Origin: Octopus vulgaris
Taxonomy: Eukaryota
Assembly (NCBI GenBank): GCA_951406725.2
Contig: OX597824.1
Coordinates: forward strand, 80,972,001 to 81,036,000
Direction of reading: 5' to 3'
DNA length: 64,000 nucleotides
Shown here: in pieces, positions 54,075 through 64,000 of the stretch
How positions within the stretch are numbered: the first letter of the stretch is position 1
Layout of the letters: each line of letters begins with the position of its first letter
Notes under the pieces: model-generated
The model's database searches: none
What the model saw: the letters and a program-made list of their open reading frames with translations, nothing else
What the model was told of the DNA's origin: nothing
Position numbers and translations under genes: made by a program

Positions 54075-54720
54075 GTGCTTGTCATGTGTAACTGAAAGGT
54101 TGTACGGTGTTGATTGATGTTGATTGACCTCCCTCACGACCGCGGCCCATACGTAAATAGTCAAGTGGATTGAGGTCTGGAGTGAGCTAGGAGTCCATGT
54201 GTTTGGGAGAACATGATCATGGAGGTCGGCACGCATGCATGCTTGGGTTGTCCTAGCCTTATTAGCCGGATCAGTCTTGTTGAGAGACGTAAGGTTTTCC
54301 GTTGCGTCTATCCAAAGTCTAGCACATTTCTTCAACAAACAGAAGTATTCTGTTTGTTGAAGAAATGTGTTAGACTTAACCCCTGTGAAAAAAGTGGGGG
54401 CATGGATTTGCCTAGAAAGAAGATTGTTCGAACCTCGTTCGGGTTTCGGAATAATCGTCAGTCGTTTTCTCCTTTTGGTCCTGGTAGAAGTTTTTCTCAT
54501 CGAATCAAAACCAAAGCGTACCACACTATTGGTGTTGTAACTTGTTTGGCAAGCGTTGTGCACGGATCGAACTCTTCGCTTCACATACGACTTGTACAGA
54601 ATGCTCTCATACACAGCTAATCTGATGCTGCCAGTTGAAACCTTGAGGTCCTTTGCAATGGCTCTGTTGGAATTTACGGAGTTTTATCGATTATTTCTTG
54701 GACTTGTACAAAGTCACGTG
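54075..54720 (-). pseudogene. Degenerate Tc1/mariner-superfamily transposase, maT (DD37D)-like
   Basis: Reads AIAKDLKVSTGSIRLAVYESILYKSYVKRR ... WIDA...PANKARTTQACM..DLHDH..PNTWTPSS(fs)PDLNPLDY(fs)YVWAAVVREVN. Confidence 0.75.
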
Positions 54721-54874
54721 TCTGATGGTATTGGGTGGTGGGAGGCAAACATTAAAATGCGTGGTGGGAGGCACGCATGGTGGACGGAGGCAAACATTAT
54801 TACATAAGCACACACACACACAGACACACATCCTGTTGGACCGTTAATCCCTACACATTTTCCTCTTCCCATTT

Positions 54875-55045
54875 TTCCCGCTCTCTCTCTCTCTCTCTTT
54901 CCATTTGTTTTCTCTCAATCCATTCTGTTGAAGAGCGTAAGCTCGAAACGTCAAAGACTTTTCCATTCTTCCCGTCAAACTAATACACCTTCTTGTTGTA
55001 TCCTCACCTTTCCTCTCTTTTGTTTTCTGTAAATTTGAACTATTA
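54875..55045 (+). mobile_element. Family P2 PLE-like short element with hammerhead-like motif
   Basis: CTGTTGA AGAGC GTAA GCTC GAAACGTC AAAGAC at 54925-54958; homologous to 20940-21100. Confidence 0.7.
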
Positions 55046-55062
55046 TACGCATATGTCTATAA

Positions 55063-55130
<68 letters not shown>

Positions 55131-55131
55131 G

Positions 55132-55213
<82 letters not shown>

Positions 55214-55248
55214 TATCTATCTATCTCTATCTATCTATCAATCTATCA

Positions 55249-55298
<50 letters not shown>

Positions 55299-55385
55299 AT
55301 AACACTTATATATACATACACATATACGTATATATACATGTATGTACGAATGTATATGCATATACACCTACATATGAGTATATGT

Positions 55386-55419
<34 letters not shown>

Positions 55420-56025
55420 TATCTTATATATATTATATTATACTCACGGCCAGGCCGCGCGCGCATATGTAGAGTTTATTTACATAGTAAAATTAAGTGC
55501 CTGTTTATTAAACGAACGCACGTAAACTTATTCGAAATTTATCACTTCAGTTATAAGAGGTTTAACTGTCGAAAACACAATTCCAAACATAAATATACGA
55601 AGCAGAATCTAAACATCGTCGTGTCATGAAAGGTAAGTTGTTGGCGAATATGTTAGAATCGGTGAAAGCGCAACAGCTGCTGTTACCTTTCACTAAAAGA
55701 TGGCGGTCGGTGTGCATCGCAGCAGTGTTTTGAGAGGGGGTGACGGGGCATTGAAATGATTCATGGTGTAGCTATTTCTGGTTCCTTATCTTATCCTTGT
55801 GTTTTCTGGGGCCACGCTGGGGCACCGCTTTGTAGGGTTTAATCGATCAAATCGCCATCAGGATATATACGTACATACACATACACGTACAGGCAGCCAT
55901 GCATACATACATACATACATACATACATACATACATACATCCATTCATACATACATACACACACATACACATACATACATACATACATACATACATTCAT
56001 ACATACATACATACACACACATACA

Positions 56026-56058
<33 letters not shown>

Positions 56059-56569
56059 TCTTCTATTTGTTTTGGTCATTTGAGTGCGGCCATAGTGAGG
56101 CACCGCTTTTAGTCGGACGAATCGACCCCAGGACTAGTAAGACTAGTACTTAGTTTATCGGTGTCTTTTGCCGAACCGCTAAGTTACGGGGACGTAAACA
56201 CACCAACATTGGTTGTCAAGTGATGGTGGGGGGGATCAGACATAGACACCCACATACACCCACAAACACACACACACACACGAATATATGTATTACGGTG
56301 AACTGCTAGTGTCGTTAGGGCGTTGGATATTACTTTTCATAATATCGGTTCTGGTGCTCTGCTCTCTGAGTTCAAATTCAGCCATGGCGTACTCAAGTAA
56401 AAGGAACGAAAAGTTACAACATGTGACAAATTAGTTTCTTTTAGTGGACACTACTGTGTTGCAGTAATTTAGGCCAGGTTTCCGGTTTCAGGATAACTCC
56501 CTCAAAAGATACTGCCCCAAAAGCTACTGCCTCAAAAGCTACTGCATTCTTTCTTAACTAAAAAAAAAA

Positions 56570-57085
<516 letters not shown>

Positions 57086-57609
57086 CGAAAGAATAGAAAC
57101 AAAAACCCCAAAAAAATTGTCTCTACCGACTTTTCTTACACATACCCTCAACCCTCTATGTCACCCGTTCACACACCCTCAACCCTCTACCTGACCCGTT
57201 CACTCCATAATTTGAAACTACCTACCTACCACCTTATTAGGCTTAACCATCCACCCCTACCACTAACTAACAACTCAGCCACATATTCTTTTTTACTTCT
57301 CAACCAAAACATTTCAATTTTCTTTACTAACAAAGAAATCTGCTTCGCGTCGATCCTTTTTCTGCTTATCTATTAAACGATCACCTACCCGTATCTGTCT
57401 GTACCCAGCACTGAAAAACACCTCATCCCGCCAACCCTTCCTTTTTTTTTTGCTTGGTCTCCTTCAGCCTTGAAACTCACCACCCCCTTTTCCTATATCC
57501 CCGCTACACGCACTCTTACCTTTCAGAAGTTAAAATCTCCCACCCGTCCTCCACCCCAGCTCGCGTCTACATATGGCTGAACATTTTGAATCTCTTAACT
57601 TGAAAATGA

Positions 57610-57792
57610 CCTACCTACCTACCTACCTACCTACCTACCTACCTACCTACCTACCTACCCTACCTACCTACCTACTTACCTACCTACATACATACATACA
57701 TACATACATACACACACATACATACATACATACATACATACATACATACATACATACACACACATACATACATACATACATACATACATACA

Positions 57793-57826
<34 letters not shown>

Positions 57827-58044
57827 CATACATACACACACATACATACATACATACATACATACATACACACACATACATACATACATACATACATACA
57901 TACATACATACACACACATACATACATACATACATACATACATACATACACACACATACATACATACATACATACATACATACATACATACATACATACA
58001 TACATACATACATACATACATACATACATACATACATACACACA

Positions 58045-58078
<34 letters not shown>

Positions 58079-58456
58079 CATACATACACACACATACATA
58101 CATACATACATACATACACACATACATACATACATACATACATACATACATACACATACATACATACATACATACATACACACATACATACATACATACA
58201 AACATACATACATACATACATATATACATACATATATAAAATTACATACACCCATACACATATAAACACTTATACATAGAAATACGTAGGGCATAAATAC
58301 ATACATACGTACCTATCTATCTCTATATACATCTCCATATATACGTATGTATTCCTCTTTGCATACATATACACACATCAAACAAAATACATATATTTTT
58401 ATCCTATCAGCATTACTAGCTATATACGTACATGCATACATACATACATACATACA

Positions 58457-58489
<33 letters not shown>

Positions 58490-59340
58490 GGAGGCATGAA
58501 AACATATATATATATATATATATATACATTCATACGTACATACATGCATGCATACATACACATATGAAAGCATGAATACATGCATACATACATTCATACA
58601 TATATAATTACATACATTCACACGTTCTTGCATGCGTACATGCATATATAAAGGCATGAATACATACATTCATATATACATACGTGCATACATACACACA
58701 TACATACATGCATACATACATATATGAAGGCTTGAATGCATACATACATGCATACATACATACATACATACATACATACATACATACATACATACATAAG
58801 TACATATACACGTACATGCTAGCATACATACATATATAAAGGCATGAATACATACATTCCTACATGCATGCACACATACACATATACATGCATACATATA
58901 TATATATAAATGGCATGAATACATACATTCATATATACATACGCACATACGTACACACATACATGCATGCATACATGCATTTATACATTCATGCATTTAT
59001 ACATTCATGCATACATAAGTACATACATACACACGTCCATACATGCATACATACAAATATAAAGGCATGAATACATAGATACATTCATATATACATACGT
59101 GCATACATACACACATACATACCTACATACATATATGAAGGCATGGATATATACATACATACATTCATATATACATACGTACATACATATATCCATACAC
59201 ATATTTATCGCTATGTATATCTCCATACTTATATGCTTTTCTTCTAGCATACAAATATACACATCAACCAGCCTGTATACATAATACATACATACACACA
59301 TGCCTGCATACATACAGCTATGCATGCCTGCATACATTCA
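57610..59340. repeat. (CTAC)n/(TACA)n microsatellite grading into a degenerate satellite
   Basis: Direct reading; recurring unit TATATAAAGGCATGAATACATACATTC. Confidence 0.93.
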
Positions 59341-59802
59341 TATACACTCATATAAGTATCTACAGACGCTTAAGTATCACAGGGTCTCATACAGGTCACC
59401 ACTAGCTCTCAGTCATCACGCAAACGTGTGCTGCCATCTGTTGGCGCGCTACAGAACCAGTCCAGGAACTTTTTGACAACACCGTGTATCTATGTATGTA
59501 CCTTTACGCCCCGATATATTTACGCATCCCCTAAACAACCAAATTCCGTTTCTTCTGACCATCAAAGGTGGATATATATACATGCAGGCATTTAACTTCA
59601 TAATTCTATTTTCTGTATAATTCTTATTTTATAATTCCATTTTACGTTTAGAAATCTAAAATGCGAACCGAAACAACATACACCTATCGATACTTCTAGT
59701 AAATTATATAGCTTTATAAATAGTCAGCACAGACTATGTATGTATATATGTATGCATGCATGCATGTATGTATGTATGTATGTATGTATGTATGTATGTA
59801 TG

Positions 59803-59835
<33 letters not shown>

Positions 59836-59864
59836 CTGTCTATCTATCTATCTATCTATCTATC

Positions 59865-59919
<55 letters not shown>

Positions 59920-59921
<2 letters not shown>

Positions 59922-60081
59922 GATGGGCTTCTTTCAGTTTCCGTCAACCGAATCCACTCACAAGGCTTTGGTCGGCCCGTGGCTATAATGGAAGACACTT
60001 GTACAAGGTGCCACGCAGTGGGACTGAACCGGGAACCATGTGGCTGGTAAGCAAGTACTTACCACACAGCCACTCCTGCGC

Positions 60082-60082
<1 letters not shown>
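59920..60082 (-). mobile_element. SINE family A, 5' half
   Basis: Reverse complement of the family head. Confidence 0.9.
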
Positions 60083-60109
<27 letters not shown>

Positions 60110-60114
<5 letters not shown>

Positions 60115-60287
60115 GAAAAATATATAGAAATATATAGAAAAACGAAAGACGAAGACAAGTGTATGAACTATAAGCAAGTGTATTAATTTGACGCTCGGGA
60201 AAAATGATTAAGTCTTTTACGTTTCGAGCCTATGCTCTTGAAAAAAAATGAATCAGAGGAAATAAACAGAGAGGGTTTGAAAAAAAC

Positions 60288-60290
<3 letters not shown>
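60110..60290 (-). mobile_element. Family P2 element, degenerate
   Basis: GACGCTCGGGAA...AAGTCTTTTACGTTTCGAGCCTATGCTCTT matches 24410-24460. Confidence 0.65.
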
Positions 60291-60335
<45 letters not shown>

Positions 60336-60469
60336 GCACACGCACATACACACAAGTATGTATTATGTAAATATGTATTATGTAAATATGTTCGTGTGGG
60401 TTTGTTGGTGTGCGTGTGAATGTATATATATTTTATTTTTTGTATTAAAACATTTTTTACTTGTTCCAG

Positions 60470-60519
<50 letters not shown>

Positions 60520-61456
60520 ATATATATGTGTGTATATATACATACATACATACATATGTATGAAGCAATGCAATCTCTCTCCCTGTCTATCTCTTTTTCT
60601 CTCGTTTTCTATCCCCTTCTCTTTCTGTTTATATCACCGTTTTTCTCTCTATATATATATGTAAACACACACACACATATACATATGCAAGTGTGTACGT
60701 ATATATGTATGCGTACACACACACATATGTACATACATACATGCATAAATACAAACACATGTATACACACAATTTACACGTACATATATATATATGTTTA
60801 CACACACGCATACGCATATACACACATATATACACATACCACCAGGACTCAGCAAAGCAACCATTCTAACAAACCCTGCTACATCCCCGACTGCATACCT
60901 AAGCAGCTACCTACCCTCACCACTACCCAAGCAAGCAAGCCACCAACCAACCTACCGCCCTACCCACCCATGAGAGACGACTTTACCCCCGTTATCCGAG
61001 AATACGTATATATTGTTGTTAAACGTACCAATTATTTTGACACACTTCCCCCTTCAAGTTGCCCTATTTACCCACGTGCGCCTTCTGTATACAAATACAT
61101 CGCACTCATATACGTGTATATACTTATTTCGATGTATGCAGGCCATGCAAATTCGTATAGTGACATGTATACGCATTACATACGAATATATGTTCGAACT
61201 TAAACACAAGCAACACACACATGTATGTATGTATGTTTGTATTATGTATGTGTGTGTGTGTGTCTGGTGTGTGTGTGTGTATATATATATGTATATACTA
61301 AGCAATTAAGGGTTTAGCAACGAATTGCCTCACCACACACCGAATTTAGAAATAGCAGTCAAAAAGTTATAGCTATTCTTTCTACTAAAAGGCAATTCGT
61401 TGCTAAACCCTTAATTGCTTAGTATTACTTAAATTTTGACTGCTATTTCTAAATTA

Positions 61457-61486
<30 letters not shown>

Positions 61487-61487
<1 letters not shown>

Positions 61488-61902
61488 TCTTTTACTTGTT
61501 TCAGTTATTTGATTGCAGTCATGCTAGAGCATCGCCTCTAGCCGAGCAAATCAACCTCAGGACTTAATCTTTGTAAGCATAGTACTTATTCTATTAGTTT
61601 GTTTTCTCAAACTACTAGGTTACGGGAACGTAAACACACCAGGTTCGGTTATCAAGCGATGTTGGGGAACAAGCACAGACACACCATATACATACACACA
61701 AGCACACACACACACACACATACACACATATATATTTATGAGACGGGCTGTTTTCAGTTTCCATCTACCAAATCCACTCACAAGGCTTTGGTCGCCCCGA
61801 GTCTATAGTGGAAGACACTTTCCCAAGGTGCCACACAGTGGGACTGAACCCGGAACCATGTGGTTCGTAAGCAGACTTCTTACTAGACAGCCACTCCTGC
61901 GC
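61487..61902 (-). mobile_element. SINE family A, full length, diverged
   Basis: Reverse complement of the family. Confidence 0.88.
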
Positions 61903-61910
61903 TTATTATA

Positions 61911-62013
<103 letters not shown>

Positions 62014-62169
62014 TGTTTTGTAACGAATATTTTAAATTTTTACTTGTTTCAATCATTTGACTGTGGCCATGCGGAAGCACCGCCTTTCGTCGAAAAAAAT
62101 CAACCCCAGAACTTCTTTGTAAGCCTAATACCTATTCTGTCGTTCTCTCTTCCCGAAGGGCTAAGTTAC

Positions 62170-62380
62170 ATTGTGACCTCATGTGTACCGTTAGCGTTTT
62201 TTTCCCTCTGCCTTCCCTTCTCTGGATCTTTCCTTCTCCTCTGTTTCCGAAGAAGAGCTCCGCTCTAAACGTTAAACCCTCTTTCTTTCCTTCTTTCCTG
62301 AGCGTCCAATAATACTATATTTGTTCCACGTCCTCGCGTTGTTGTGTTTTTTTTTGTGCTTTCTTGTTTGGATTAACTAC
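62170..62380 (+). mobile_element. Family P1 PLE-like short element with hammerhead-like motif
   Basis: GTTT CCGAAGA AGAGC TCC GCTC TAAACGTT AAAC at 62243-62277 (stem I GTTT/AAAC); ends at (TA)n. Confidence 0.7.
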
Positions 62381-62392
62381 ATATATATATAT

Positions 62393-62910
62393 ATAATAGT
62401 TATCGCCATACTAATATGGCATTCTTATAAAAATAAGAAAAAAGCTGTCCGCTTATTAGCTCCATGAGGCCATCGCCTTAAGTTAGCTATTTGATACACA
62501 AACTGTATCCATATAACCTTCGAGGTCAGTCGCTCCAACTACTTGACCGGCAGCTACAGACGCGTTTCGGAGTATTGCCCTTTCAATGCAGCGTAGCCAG
62601 CCAGTAGGTGTCCTTCCGACAATCTCTGTTCGATGGTTTATTTACTTTTCGACCGGAAATATTAAAATTACAGTTATCGCCATACATTCTTATAAAAATA
62701 AGAAAAGCTGTCCGCTTATTAGCTACAGACGCGTCTGTAGCTGCCGGTCAAGTAGTGTGTAGCGACTGACCTCCCTTGTTCGAAGGTTATATGGATACAG
62801 TTTGTGTATCAAATAGCTAACTTAAGGCGATGGCCTCATGGAGCTAATAAGCGGACAGCTTTTTTCTTATTTTTATAAGAATGCCATATTAGTATGGCGA
62901 TAACTATTAT
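62393..62910. mobile_element. Retrozyme/pLTR-like structure: 274-bp unit, partial tandem copy and inverted copy
   Basis: AGTTATCGCCATAC at 62398 and 62672; ~170-bp inverted repeat 62393-62565 vs 62729-62910; hammerhead-like motif 62553-62597 (minus). Confidence 0.75.
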
Positions 62911-62967
62911 TTTCCGGGAACGCTGCCGCTGTTCTCTTTTAGAGAGACTTAGTAATTTTAATATTTC

Positions 62968-63036
<69 letters not shown>

Positions 63037-63049
63037 ATATATATATATA

Positions 63050-63915
63050 TATTTATAGGAGGAAGTAAGAAAAATCAACGAAAATGCACATTGTAAATAA
63101 AAAAAGTAAAGACTTTTTATGAAAAGTAACGAAAGGTATATACAATTAGAAGAACTGAGGTAGTAATAAAAGTAATAAAAGTCATTATTGTGACATCATT
63201 AAAGAGATTCAAGCATACCGCGGTTTCGTAAGTTACTATTCATTGCTTTGAATGCACTCCGATTAATGAACGGTGTCAGGTCTAATAGTTCCTGAGTAAA
63301 AAGATTATTTGTCAGGGAGGGAAGTAGTTCTGGATTTGGTGCAATTAGGTTAGATATAGAATTGAAATGTGAATGGTGTAAGGGATGTAAGGGGTTTAGT
63401 GGTATTAATTAAAAGGTTAGTAGTGTTCTGTAAAATGTTAAGTGTTCATATTTATAGATGAAAATTGCCTCTTTATTCATTCTTTGTTGCATTCAGGTGT
63501 TCTGTGAACATTGATAGAAGGGGAAAATTTGGAAATTAGGATTAAGATTCCTAGCACATCTCTATGTGTTCACTAACCTGTAACTGTCTGTATTGTGGGT
63601 AGCTGATTTGTTCTTTGTGGATAGTAGTTCTTCGACGGAGTGATATTCCTGTTTGCCCAATATAGTTGTTACCACATCCCAAGCAGGTCATGGCATAGAT
63701 TGGATTTTCCGAGGTACAGGTGAAATTTGATTTGATCTTAAATATTTCACATTGTTTAAAGTGGAATTCTGAACCCTCCAAAAGGTGGGGGCCTGTTCCA
63801 CAGTTAGGACGACCACATTTTTTCACTTTTGGCTCTGTTGTTAATGGATATAGTCTTGCGCTGGATAATATTTTTTCAGTGACTTCGGTTGCATTTTGCT
63901 TTTTAGAATTTTGTA
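63050..63915 (-). mobile_element. 3' part of a Penelope-like element (GIY-YIG endonuclease plus 3' region)
   Basis: Contains the GIY-YIG coding remnant below and a hammerhead-like motif at 63207-63253; ends next to (TA)n. Confidence 0.85.
63430..63915 (-). pseudogene. Penelope-like GIY-YIG endonuclease with Cys-rich linker (Neptune-like), disrupted
   Basis: KCGRPNCGT...FTCTSENPIYAMTCLGCGNNYIGQT...LRRRTTIH...VSEH; the C-terminal R..KEA.FI segment continues after a stop. Confidence 0.88.
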
Positions 63916-64000
63916 TGAGCTTAAGCATTAACAACAGAGAATTTATAATCACCACCACCAACATCCACACCCTTCCCGTTGTCGTGCAGCTACTGTTTAT

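Noticed and set aside
59440-59488. Tc1/mariner-like terminus GGAACTTTTTGACAACACCGTG|TA
   Set aside because: No partner TIR or transposase sequence found nearby.

Overview
Eukaryotic, AT-rich, extremely microsatellite-dense genomic DNA. The repeat repertoire (tRNA-derived SINEs with internal (TA)n/(TG)n, TAA-targeting R4/Dong LINEs, Penelope-like elements) suggests a coleoid cephalopod, most likely Octopus; this is an inference. No host protein-coding gene can be supported. Almost all listed ORFs are translations of microsatellites or SINEs. Recognisable coding remnants are all transposon-derived: a 5'-truncated R4/Dong LINE with an intact zinc-knuckle/RLE ORF (28103-29137), further Dong fragments, an RTE LINE remnant, four mariner/Tc1-superfamily remnants, and Penelope-like (PLE) RT and GIY-YIG fragments. 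Three SINE families, non-autonomous Helitrons, a Mutator-type MITE and a pogo-type MITE fill much of the rest. The most interesting signals are: (1) about ten minimal type-I hammerhead-ribozyme-like motifs, none with a canonical core, carried on short (TA)n-embedded PLE-derived elements; (2) a 274-bp retrozyme-like unit whose inversion breakpoint lies on the ribozyme palindrome; (3) a ~550-bp non-coding, TAA-flanked element with a fixed 5' end, nested among Dong fragments; (4) a candidate promoter/first exon near 55.5 kb. Coordinates of degenerate repeats are approximate.
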